Of a stretch of 64,000 nt of DNA, positions 28,480-37,891 are shown one piece after another; the stretch's first letter is position 1, and each line of letters starts with the position of its first letter. The DNA lies in NCBI GenBank assembly GCA_963706955.1, contig CAVPOC010000001.1, positions 1 to 64,000 on the forward strand. The letters are read 5' to 3'. This DNA is from an uncultured Verrucomicrobiae bacterium. Its GTDB lineage: Bacteria > Verrucomicrobiota > Verrucomicrobiia > Chthoniobacterales > Terrimicrobiaceae. The translations under genes were made by a program, and so were the position numbers. The notes beneath the pieces were generated by a model. It was given only the letters and a program-made list of their open reading frames with translations, was not told the DNA's origin and did no database searches.

Positions 28480-29700
28480 TTAGTTGTCTGCCTGCACCGT
28501 GATAGTCATCGAGGCAATATTGGCGGGGTCCAGGCTTGCCTGCGGAGCCTGGCACACGTCAGTGAAAGGGAAGGAGTAGGCATCGGACACTTTCGCAAGG
28601 TAGGACGCGTATCTGTTGTAGAAGCCGTCGTGTCCGGGCTGAGCGGCTTCGAAGGCGAGGTTTTGCGGAGGAGCTGTTGGTCGATACCAATTTTCGCTCG
28701 GACCAGCCCCAAATGGTTTCCCAGTGTTCGGATTCGTCTCGGGACTTGCGATAAAGCCATAGTTAAAGCCCGCGAGAACATCGCGGACCGCGGCCGAGTA
28801 GACGTCGTTGTCACCCATGTGTTTGACGGCGCCATTGACCGTATAGTCGGGATTACAGGACCAGATTCCCTTTGAGAGATTTCCGGCGGCGATCTGGATG
28901 TTCGCAGCACTCCCTGCCGCTGTCCCCGTCATGACGAGGTTGCCTGCGGGGTCGACGCGTGCGGAGAGATCAAACCGCGGGTGATTACTCCCCATGAATT
29001 CTCCGACGATCGGCGTCACGACATTGTTGGCTTGGACATACCTGATATAAGGATCCCAGGATTGATAGACCGAGGGATCGGGAACGGTCGCCGGGCTAAT
29101 GATGCGAAGGATGGTGCCGTGGTCTGTGGGAACCCCATTGTTGCCGGTGGCCACGGCAGAACTATGGTAATTCGAGAGGGCTCCGAGCGCGGAAAACACC
29201 GTCGCTGTCGGCGTTCGCCAACTCAGCGTCGTTGCCGGTGAATTGTCGGCCTTGAAGGTGTCGATACGCAACGGAACACTGAAGAAATCCTGTGCGGAAA
29301 GGTTGGCGCAGCTGGAAGGATTGCCGGGGATCAAAGTGATTTCGACCTTGTCCCACCTCAAATTATAGTCAGGCAGGCTCGGATTGTTGAAATTTGGGAA
29401 CTCCGAACTCAGCGGACCCTTTAAGGAGACGTAGATCTTCCCAGCTGGGAAGCTGGTTATCTTGATATCTTTGATTGTAGCCAACTCGTAGGAGACTCCA
29501 CGCGCAATCGGCGTATTCGGCGCGCCGTTGATCGTAGCCCTGGCCTGGAGCGGAGCCGCCCCGAACATGATGAATACCTGGGACGGATCAATTCCGCTCT
29601 TGTTAATCACGTTGACGCTGAGATCCGCACGCGCGTCTGCAAAGAAAGCAGCTCCAAGAAGCGTGATCGCAACAAACAAAAAGGCTCTCTTTATTGGCAT
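28480..29700 (-). CDS. Secreted beta-1,3-glucanase-like protein (GH64-like)
   Basis: Signal peptide; WDKVEIT, ANLSAQDFFSVP, YNRYA...YSFPFTDV resemble GH64 motifs. Confidence 0.65.
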   Translation of the reverse strand: MPIKRAFLFVAITLLGAAFFADARADLSVNVINKSGIDPSQVFIMFGAAPLQARATINGAPNTPIARGVSYELATIKDIKITSFPAGKIYVSLKGPLSSEFPNFNNPSLPDYNLRWDKVEITLIPGNPSSCANLSAQDFFSVPLRIDTFKADNSPATTLSWRTPTATVFSALGALSNYHSSAVATGNNGVPTDHGTILRIISPATVPDPSVYQSWDPYIRYVQANNVVTPIVGEFMGSNHPRFDLSARVDPAGNLVMTGTAAGSAANIQIAAGNLSKGIWSCNPDYTVNGAVKHMGDNDVYSAAVRDVLAGFNYGFIASPETNPNTGKPFGAGPSENWYRPTAPPQNLAFEAAQPGHDGFYNRYASYLAKVSDAYSFPFTDVCQAPQASLDPANIASMTITVQADN

Positions 29701-29938
29701 AGGCGAGTTAGTATTTGAATTTCTATTACGGCTGCTTGCTTCGATCTTGCGGTTTCCTACGCACAGTATTCGCCTCGTCCTTTAACGCCACGACATAGAT
29801 CCGACGATTCGCGCCATATTTAAGTTGCGGGATGAGGCGCAACTCTCTCCCTTGACACGCCCGATCTACGCCATGGTTGGCGACAGGCGGCTCGAACGAT
29901 CGGTCAAGTTCTGGCGGGGCGGTTAGCTCACGCCGAGC

Positions 29939-30822
29939 TTATGCTTTCCCTGCTTTCGCAGCTTTCTCTTGCTCCGAGCGAACGAATTGGACCGAACGGG
30001 TGACCAGATCATCGAGGTCATCGCTGCCCAGAAGGTCGCGATAGACCGAGATGTCGCGACCGACCTCCCCGCCGGGGACGAGGAAAGGTTCCATGACGAC
30101 AGCTCCTTGGTAATCGATTTCGCGCAAAGCCCCAAAAATTTCCGGCCAAGGCATCCGTCCCATTCCGGGCGGCCGTCGATTGGTTTCCCCCAGGTGGAAA
30201 TGTCCAAGCCACCCTTTGGACTCGAGAAGCGAATCGCGGAAGCTGTCTTCCTCGATGTTCATGTGGAAGGTGTCGAGGAGGATTTTGCAGTTCGGGCTTT
30301 CGACTCGCTTCGCGAATGCGATCCCCTCGGCGGCAGTGTTCATAATGAAATGCTCGAAGCGGTTAACCACTTCGAGGCAGAAGATTACCCCGCAGTCTTC
30401 GGCGGCCTTGACGGCCTCACGCACGCCCTCAATGGCTCGGTCGGTTGCCGCCCTCTTGTCTTCGCCGGGAAGGAGTTTGCGAGGCCAGGAGCTATAGTTA
30501 ATGCCGGCCATTATCTTCCCCCCATGTGCTTCATATTCCGGCAGAGATCCTGGAGGAGAGTGACGCCGTTCTTTCGAACGGACGCATCTTCCGAGACCAG
30601 GTCCATATCCTCGGTCATTCCGATGCTGTAGGTGAGCTCCAGACCTGCGTCCGCGGCGGCGGCTTTGAGTGCGTCGAGCTCTCCCTTGCTCATCCGCGCA
30701 ATCTTCTGCGCGCGGACCTCGAGGACCTTGAACCCAGCCTTTCGGGCTTTTTCCACGAAGGGGAGCTGGTCCACGTCCCAGTATTGCGTCCAATATCCGA
30801 AGTGTATTCCGATGGGATTCAT
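29939..30822 (-). CDS. D-psicose/D-tagatose 3-epimerase family (frameshift near 30520)
   Basis: GIHFGYW, LEVVNRFE, LLDTFHMNIEE, HFHLGETNR, VMEPF. Confidence 0.88.
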
Positions 30823-30851
30823 AAGTTAGATGATTTGATTTTATTTGGAGG

Positions 30852-31646
30852 TCAGGTGACGACCTTGAGCATGCCGCCATCAACGAAGTAGGTGGATCCC
30901 ACCGAATAGCTCGCGCGGTCCGAACAGAGGAAGACGAAAAAGCTCGCAAGTTCCTCGGGTGTGGCGAAGCGAGCGATCGGAGCATGCTCTTTGGCAATGC
31001 CGTCGAGATAGCCTTGCCAGTCGCCGCCTTTATCGGCCGTGAGTTGTTTGGCGGTCTTGATCCAGTCGGGGGTGAGAATCAAGCCGGGATTAATCGTGTT
31101 CACCCGGATGTTGTCTTTGACGAGTTCGAGCGAGAGCGTCTTTGAAAACATCATCAATGCCGCTTTGGTCACGTTGTAGATTGGCTCGTACCAGAGAGGC
31201 TGAATCGCACAGATGGAGGCGTTGTGCAGGATGACCCCTCCGCCCCGCTGACGCATGAAGGGCACCAATCCGCGCGCCAGCCGAACCGCAGCCATGACGT
31301 GGAGGTCCCAATAAAACTGCCACTTCTCGTCAGGCGCATCCATGACGGTTTCGTTTGAGCCCGTGCCGGCGTTGTTAATGAGAATGTCCGCTCCGCCAAA
31401 GGAACTTTTGATGGAAGCGACGATCTCCTCAATGCCGGCGACGGTCGCGACGTCTGAAACAACCGGGGTCGTCTTCACGCCAAACTTATCTGCGAGCCGC
31501 TCGGCTTCCGATTGGAGGCGTTCGGGTTGTCTCGCGACCATGACTAGGTGAGCACCTTCCGCGGCGAGACCCTCGGCGACAGCCAGGCCGATGCCAATGC
31601 TCGCGCCGGTGATGACAGCGACTTTGTCTCTTAGTCCTAGATCCAT
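30852..31646 (-). CDS. SDR family oxidoreductase
   Basis: MDLGLRDKVAVITGASIGIG, NNAG, YNVTK, VDGG. Confidence 0.92.
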   Translation of the reverse strand: MDLGLRDKVAVITGASIGIGLAVAEGLAAEGAHLVMVARQPERLQSEAERLADKFGVKTTPVVSDVATVAGIEEIVASIKSSFGGADILINNAGTGSNETVMDAPDEKWQFYWDLHVMAAVRLARGLVPFMRQRGGGVILHNASICAIQPLWYEPIYNVTKAALMMFSKTLSLELVKDNIRVNTINPGLILTPDWIKTAKQLTADKGGDWQGYLDGIAKEHAPIARFATPEELASFFVFLCSDRASYSVGSTYFVDGGMLKVVT

Positions 31647-31861
31647 AAACGGGAGCGTGCTCGGTTGTGATGCCATGGCAACTGTTCCGACGACAGTAAA
31701 GCCGGGCGCTACGAGCTGGGAGGAGTGTCTCATAACAGTTCGACCATAGACTGTGTTATTTTTGCAGGAATCGCAAGAACTGTGACCTCTGCGCGGCGAC
31801 GTTTTCGAAATGATCAGGGAGGAAAGCGCCCGCCCCAGCCCGTGCGTATCTGGCCAGACGT

Positions 31862-32623
31862 TCAAGGTCTTCGGGCGATGAGGCCCAGAAACTCTTCGCC
31901 GTTGGTTCGGTGCTTCTCAGGAAAATCCTTGTAGCAGAACGGCTCCAGGTGCTCGATCGCAAAACCCGCCTCTTCGACCGCCCGGCGAAGGATGTCAGCG
32001 TCAAAAAGATTCACCAGGTGCGGCAATCGGTCTCGCCACTCCGGACTGGCCGCCAGGCGTGGGTCGAACGTTCCAGGCCATGGATCACCGGATTCTTTCC
32101 GCCGTCGAAACTCTGGCAGGAATTTTATGTAGTAGCTGAGCTGCGGGGTCATCACGACGAGATAGAGCCTTCCTTCGCCCGATTCGAGCCAGCGAAACGC
32201 TGTCGCGAGCGCTGATCGGACTGCCTCTCCATCGAAGAAGTGGAAAACTTGCGCGGCCAGAATCGCACTCAAGCTGCCGTTCGTGAAATGCAGTTGTTCG
32301 GGAAATCGCGCGGCGATTGTGATGAGGCGCTTTTGCATGTCAGGTGGCACCGGCCGTCGCAATCGGGCAAGCTCCTCCTCGGCCAAGTCGCACGCGATTA
32401 CCGTGCCACCTGCTTCCAAAGCAGGGTAGGATGCGTTGCCGTAGGCAGCGCCGACCTCCAATACCGGACAACGCGAGCGGCCGGCATGAGCAGCGAACTT
32501 GAGCGCCACCGGTGCGGGTTCTTTGGTCATGATTCCCATCGCGTTGCTGGTAAGAATCAGCCCCGGCTCGATCTCCGCCGGCCACTCATGAGGGATTTGC
32601 ATACGGTGCTTCGATTCAATCAT
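31862..32623 (-). CDS. Class I SAM-dependent methyltransferase
   Basis: VLEVGAAYG, VIACDL, VFHFF. Confidence 0.75.
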   Translation of the reverse strand: MIESKHRMQIPHEWPAEIEPGLILTSNAMGIMTKEPAPVALKFAAHAGRSRCPVLEVGAAYGNASYPALEAGGTVIACDLAEEELARLRRPVPPDMQKRLITIAARFPEQLHFTNGSLSAILAAQVFHFFDGEAVRSALATAFRWLESGEGRLYLVVMTPQLSYYIKFLPEFRRRKESGDPWPGTFDPRLAASPEWRDRLPHLVNLFDADILRRAVEEAGFAIEHLEPFCYKDFPEKHRTNGEEFLGLIARRP

Positions 32624-32704
32624 AATGCCTTGCGGCAGACCTGAGTGGCCCGGACTCCAGATCGCTCTCGAAAGGCGATCTCTCTGGATGGGATACCGTC
32701 AATG

Positions 32705-33544
32705 TCAAGATGAGACGGGACTTGCTTGATCTGGCTCGGCTTTGGGCTTTTCAGTGGAACTCAACGAGTGCGCCTTCCTCAGGGGATGACCGAACCAGGG
32801 TTGAACTTGCTCCGCGGGGGGATACATCCGATCCAGTGTCCTCACCACATCGGACATGTTCCCGCTTGCATGCACCCATCCTTGATTAATGTCTGGAAAA
32901 TCGATCTCACAATTCGCGCACTTCTTCTCGCACGAGAAGCGGATCGGGCACCAAAAAGACTCCACGTTGCGCAGCATTTCTGTGCCGAGTGACCAGACGC
33001 CTGTCATCCAATCACAATAGAGGCACCAGATGAGATCATGTCCCACCAGGCCGCTGAATTTTTGACGCGAAACGCTAATCCAATCTCCTGCGGGGTAGGC
33101 CGGAAAATTGACCAGCTTAACCAATGGTGGGTAGAGGATTATTTGGCACATTCGAACGAACCAAAAGATGGGTATGGCAAACCCGGTTATATAGATAGCA
33201 GTGAGATTGCGAACCGCCCCAAATTTCCTGTTGAGCACTTTGATGATTCGAGGCCCTTTCGCAGCATCCCGATGAACTGCCTCGTGAATCCTTTGCCAGA
33301 TCAATAGTGTCGCCAACTGCGCAAAAGCCCCGCTGACTAGGCCAGCCCAACCGGAAACCAGCGGACCTACGACTAGTGGGAGGATCGTGAAGTAGCAGAC
33401 TATCCCATCGAGAAGCGGCGCCCGGCAGCAGGCATCCAAAAGGCTTTCTCTCGCCTTTCCCGAATAGGGAAGAAGATGGAGGAGGCTCGCTGCAACGAGC
33501 AACCCGAGAGTGATCCAGCAAAACAATGGCCAATCGATAAGCAT
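32705..33544 (-). CDS. Hypothetical membrane protein with a Cys-rich C-terminal region
   Basis: Several TM segments; WCLYCDW...FWCPIRFSCEKKCANC. Confidence 0.7.
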   Translation of the reverse strand: MLIDWPLFCWITLGLLVAASLLHLLPYSGKARESLLDACCRAPLLDGIVCYFTILPLVVGPLVSGWAGLVSGAFAQLATLLIWQRIHEAVHRDAAKGPRIIKVLNRKFGAVRNLTAIYITGFAIPIFWFVRMCQIILYPPLVKLVNFPAYPAGDWISVSRQKFSGLVGHDLIWCLYCDWMTGVWSLGTEMLRNVESFWCPIRFSCEKKCANCEIDFPDINQGWVHASGNMSDVVRTLDRMYPPAEQVQPWFGHPLRKAHSLSSTEKPKAEPDQASPVSS

Positions 33545-33705
33545 GGTATGATTAGACCCCTCCGGACAATAAAAGCGATGCCAATAATTTGGTTAAGAGC
33601 GTCCCGACGCCCTTACTGCCGGATATTTCGAACTTCCGTGCGAACTTTTCCGCTCGCCGCTTCCAGGCAGGAGGGATAGACTGCCTAAAGTTTGAAACCA
33701 AAGGT

Positions 33706-34836
33706 ATGATTTCTCGATCGATCACGCAGAATGTTCATCGCTATCCTTCCGCTCAGGAAGGCAATCCCAAAAACCCGGCGGCGTATCGAGTCACTCGTGG
33801 AATGGCTCAGGTGGTCAATGGGTTGCAAATGGCGCTCGCCGAATCCTATATCAATGGTCTCGAACTTCCGGATCCGGCCCTGCGAGCGATCTTCAGGACC
33901 TATATGCCAATCCTTTTCAGGCATTTTCCGTCGCTCCTCGTTCCCTATGAATGGGTCCTGCGCGAGACCGACCATCTTGCAGAGGGATCCAAGGACTTGA
34001 TGAGGATTCAATATGATCGCCCGCAAGCGATGTTAAATCGAATGTTGGGTGACTGGAAGCTTATATACCCGAAATACAGCATGGGATTATGGCAGAAGGG
34101 CGCCGTCAATCTTGAGCAATCTCAAATGCATATGATTGATGACATGATCGAAAAGCTAAACATTCGGGATGGTGATAATATTCTGGACTTTGGGTGTGGC
34201 TGGGGTTGCGTTCCGAATTACGTCCTGTCTAAGTTTCCGAACGTCAGATTTACTGGACTAAATCTAAGCCATGAACAGTGCGAATACATGCGTGGCAAGA
34301 TGCAGGACCCTGAAAGCTATCTTAGTTCCGAGAGGTTCACTTTGGTTGAGGGCGACCTCAATGATGTCCAATTTGACGAAAAGTTCGACAAGATCCTTTC
34401 GGTGGGTGTCTTTTGCCATGTGGGAAACTTGACAAACTCCTTCAAGAAATTGGCCGCCTGCCTTAAGCCGGATGGCACGTTCTTTCTTCACATCATCACC
34501 GTTCGTCTGCCGAATAACGTTTCCAGTGTTTTCACCCACAAGTATATTTTTCCGCATGGTCGTTTTTGGAGCTTTGACGAGGTGCCAAGGCATGACAGGG
34601 ATCTCAAGACGGTCAAGCGATGGTATCTTAACGGCATAAATTACTCGACCACGTTCGAGAATTGGCTGAAGAACTTTGACGAAAGTTATGAATTTGTCAA
34701 AGACCTGGACTATGGAATCGACTTTGCTAAGTTTCGCCGAATCTGGCGATTCTATTTGATATGGTTTTGTTGCAACTTCATTTGCTGTGACGGCGAGGTC
34801 AATGGAAATGGTCAGTTTCTAATGACTCATGTTTGA
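33706..34836 (+). CDS. CMAS/cyclopropane-fatty-acid-synthase-like SAM methyltransferase
   Basis: PKYSMGLW, ILDFGCGWG, KYIFPHG, FRRIWRFYL. Confidence 0.85.
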   Translation: MISRSITQNVHRYPSAQEGNPKNPAAYRVTRGMAQVVNGLQMALAESYINGLELPDPALRAIFRTYMPILFRHFPSLLVPYEWVLRETDHLAEGSKDLMRIQYDRPQAMLNRMLGDWKLIYPKYSMGLWQKGAVNLEQSQMHMIDDMIEKLNIRDGDNILDFGCGWGCVPNYVLSKFPNVRFTGLNLSHEQCEYMRGKMQDPESYLSSERFTLVEGDLNDVQFDEKFDKILSVGVFCHVGNLTNSFKKLAACLKPDGTFFLHIITVRLPNNVSSVFTHKYIFPHGRFWSFDEVPRHDRDLKTVKRWYLNGINYSTTFENWLKNFDESYEFVKDLDYGIDFAKFRRIWRFYLIWFCCNFICCDGEVNGNGQFLMTHV

Positions 34837-35237
34837 GTGAAAATCGCTGATGCCCACTCCGCCCGCGGAGCGAGGCTATTTTGCACTGTGCATTTTGGAA
34901 CTCCCAAAAACTCGGAATTGTTGCCTTCTGATGAGACGTCTCTAACTTCGCGGAAAGTTCGACGATGCCGAGGTAGCGGGTTGAATTTTTCGTCGTCCCA
35001 TATGGGATCGCCGGCTGCCTGTGGCAGCTGCGGCGCCTGAGCTTTGGTCGGCAGGTCGCGGCGCCTCGCCTAAGCCAATTTTGGAACTTCCGCGCGATAG
35101 CTAGCGAGCGACAGCGACAACAACCGGTTCCTCGCGATTATCAAAGAGCCGCAGAAGTAAGTTCCTCGGTAGCTGCGCGATGTCGAGAAAGGCGGGCGGG
35201 ATCCGAGTTTTCGTTACGGGCTAGGCACTTGAAGAGG

Positions 35238-36257
35238 CTATGCAGACGGAGGTGACGCATCTTCGCGCCGGGTCGTCCAACTCAGCCAGATCGTTGACCA
35301 GCCGCCGGCTGTCAGAGCAAGTCCCACCCAGAGCCCGACGGAGTCATCACTGCTCTCCGGCCAGTGCGCGACAATCAGCGCGGCACAGGCGAGCATTCCT
35401 AGCCCGGCGGCGAGGGGTCCAACTCCGCGGATGAGCGGTCGGCTTCCCGCGCCCACGATGATCGAGTGTATGCCTTGAATTGTGATGAGAATCGCCAGCA
35501 ACGTCCCGCTCGCCACCACGGCAAAGTGAAGATTCATGAGAATCAAAATGCCCCCAGCAAACAGACCCAAGGCAAGAAGCAGGAAGTGAAGAAAATTCCG
35601 CCAATCCTTCGCATGCAGCCCGTAAGCAATGTGCGACGCACCTGACACTAGGAACACGATTCCAACCAGGACCGTGAATAGATCCCCGGCGACGATCGGC
35701 CCGACGATGGATGCTCCTCCAAGGAGGATGGCCAAGAGTCCCATCCAAATCGAGGCGGGCTCCGTCGGTGAGACAGGCTTGGAGTAGTGCGGAGCGGCCG
35801 AACGCGCAATGTGCCCTGGCTGGACGCCTCGTTGGGTTTCGAGACGTTCCGCTGATCGGCGGAGGCGATCCGCCCAGTCCTGGCATTGATTGGCGAAAAG
35901 CGAATAATAGTAGCCATCCTTTTGTTCGGCCAAGGCCTCGCGCATGACCGCGGGGTCATATTCCGGTCCGACGAGCCAATATCCATTCCTTTTTAGATCT
36001 TCAAGGGAATGGATCGGCTTTCCAAACTGGGTCTCTGTAAATCGCTGCCCTTTCTCGCTGTAGCCGACATCTTCGAGGACCTGATTGCCTTTGATAAAGA
36101 AGAGCTGCTCGTGCCGCAGTTCCAAATTCAGGCGGTCGCCGAGGCGGTTGTTCACCAACGGAGCCAGCCACGACATCCCATCGAGATTGCGTTTTCCGAA
36201 CCGACAATACTCCCGCTCGCCCGTTGCTTCGGCGGCGGGAGAGCCGGCATTTGTCAT
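35238..36257 (-). CDS. Fusion: soluble His/Cys (permuted papain-like) domain plus HdeD/DUF308 membrane domain
   Basis: N-terminal HEQLFF...YSLFANQCQDW; C-terminal ~6 TMs with IWMGLLAILLG, WPESS..VGLWVG. Confidence 0.6.
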   Translation of the reverse strand: MTNAGSPAAEATGEREYCRFGKRNLDGMSWLAPLVNNRLGDRLNLELRHEQLFFIKGNQVLEDVGYSEKGQRFTETQFGKPIHSLEDLKRNGYWLVGPEYDPAVMREALAEQKDGYYYSLFANQCQDWADRLRRSAERLETQRGVQPGHIARSAAPHYSKPVSPTEPASIWMGLLAILLGGASIVGPIVAGDLFTVLVGIVFLVSGASHIAYGLHAKDWRNFLHFLLLALGLFAGGILILMNLHFAVVASGTLLAILITIQGIHSIIVGAGSRPLIRGVGPLAAGLGMLACAALIVAHWPESSDDSVGLWVGLALTAGGWSTIWLSWTTRREDASPPSA

Positions 36258-36339
36258 CGCCTCAGGACTTTAGCCTGGAACCTCCGTGGGATCAGGTCGT
36301 CGCGAAGCCCTCGTTCTGCCGCGCCGGCCGGTTCCGCGA

Positions 36340-36641
36340 GGGCGGTGCCTGCTTCCCAGGCACACATTAACGCAAGTGAAGGTTTGAGAGTTTGGCCGTA
36401 GTCGGTCAGGGAATAGTCCAGTTTTAGTGGGACGACCGCGTAGACCTTGCGATGGATGATCCCGTCGCGCTCGAGGTCTCGTAATTGTTGCGTCAACATT
36501 TTCTAGGTGGCCTGCGGCACCACCCGTCGAAGCTCGCTGAAGCGCATGGCGCGATCGCGCAGGGTGAAAGAGAATCAGCGGCTTCCACTTTCTGCCGATC
36601 ACCGCTAGGGTGGCAGCCACCGGACACTCCATAAATTCCAT
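36340..36641 (-). pseudogene. HxlR-family HTH regulator, multiply frameshifted
   Basis: CPVAATLAVIGRKWKPLILFH, MRFSEL, KMLTQQLRDLERDGIIHRKVY, YSLTDYG. Confidence 0.7.
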
Positions 36642-36717
36642 GTTATCTTTTTCGATACTTAATTCCAATTAAGTGCCTACTGGTAATTTAGAACATACTC
36701 CTAGGATTGTCCTCACC

Positions 36718-36985
36718 ATGAAAGTTGGAATTCTTGGATCCGGGACGTTGCTAAGGTGCTGGCGGTGGGTTTTCTCAAGCACGGGCACTCGGTAATTGTC
36801 GGGATCCGCGACCGGTCGCAGCTGGAAAGCTGGGCGTCCGAAAACCCGTCGGCCTGTGTGGGGAGTTTGCGGATGCGCCGGCCTTTGCCGAGGTGGTCGT
36901 TCTTGCGGTGAAGGGGACGGCTGCCTCCAGCGCGCTGCATCTCGCCACCCCGGAAAATACAGTGTCTAAACCGGTCATCGACGAC
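36718..36985 (+). pseudogene. Truncated NADPH-dependent F420 reductase/NADP oxidoreductase (N-terminal part only)
   Basis: MKVGILGSG, GFLKHGH, VVLAVKG, KPVID; homology stops near 36985. Confidence 0.7.
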
Positions 36986-36996
36986 CGAACAAGGGC

Positions 36997-37140
36997 AACA
37001 AAGCTATCGAGCGAACTGTTCTCTCAAGCTACCAGCTCGCGCAGAGCATGGGGTTTGACGGTGACTTCCGGGCATGGGAGCACTTGCTGCGCATTCATGA
37101 ATAATAACGGCGCGCAGAATATGCAACACAGAGTCAAGTC
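36997..37140 (+). repeat. Dispersed element, copy C (best preserved)
   Basis: NKAIERTVLSSYQLAQSMGFDGDFRAWEHLLRIHE* (stop 37102-37104) plus a tail shared with copy D. Confidence 0.8.
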
Positions 37141-37187
37141 AGAGTGACTGACCATTTTTCTGCAGGGCACTGACTGCAGTGGCCCCG

Positions 37188-37387
37188 TCACAGTCGACTC
37201 ATTGCACCACTCTTCATGTGCTCTTTTTGCCACGCTCGCCCAGCCTCCCAGTCCGCATGCTGGCCTGGCCCACTGTGACTGAAGGTCGGCTGCGTTGTTT
37301 CGGACGTGGGTGTAGATGTCGGTGTAGTGCAGCTCAGCATCGTCAACGCCACTGCCACTTCTACAAGGATGTTGTGCGGATTTTCAT
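37188..37387 (-). CDS. Putative small lipoprotein (one indel after codon 5); not in the ORF track
   Basis: GGAGGAG RBS, MKIR.., hydrophobic VAVALTMLS|C lipobox, Thr/Pro linker. Confidence 0.5.
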
Positions 37388-37469
37388 CGTCTCCTCCCGG
37401 ATTTAGTTTGCGCAGAAAGCGCGGCGGACGTCAAGCATTACCGCTTTGTATCAAGCTTCGAGGAGAGAG

Positions 37470-37614
37470 AATAAGGCAATCAAGCACAATGTGTCTCATC
37501 CAGCTTCCAAATCGCAGAGCATGGAATTCAAGGGCGACTTCCACGCCTGGGAGCACTTGCTCGATTCATGAGTAACCTGCCTACGCTGCGCAGAATTGCG
37601 GCATAGTTCAGTTC
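37470..37614 (+). repeat. Dispersed element, copy D
   Basis: NKAIKH..SFQI-QSMEFKGDFHAWEHLL-IHE* (stop 37573-37575) with indels. Confidence 0.8.
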
Positions 37615-37891
37615 TTCGAGGGAAGCCGTGCCGCCGTTATTCGCTGGCTTCCGGCTTAAGCTGTTCGTCGAAGGCTTTAGTAGCTGACCATTTGCCGACC
37701 TACTTTTGCGAAGCAATTTGGCTACTTTTCTTCGAAAGAACATGGCAGGAAATGTCTGTGAACATCCGCGGATTTTGCAGGACTTGTTATGACTAGACGT
37801 TATGACTGTCGTCCGCTTCGAAAGTTACAAATGCTTAAGTCGCTTATGATAAGCATCCTATACGCAATCATTGCATCATCATAACTTCACG

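Noticed and set aside
34920..34980. Hammerhead-like CTGATGA...GAAA
   Set aside because: No stem II closing pair before GAAA and no stem III/UH arrangement
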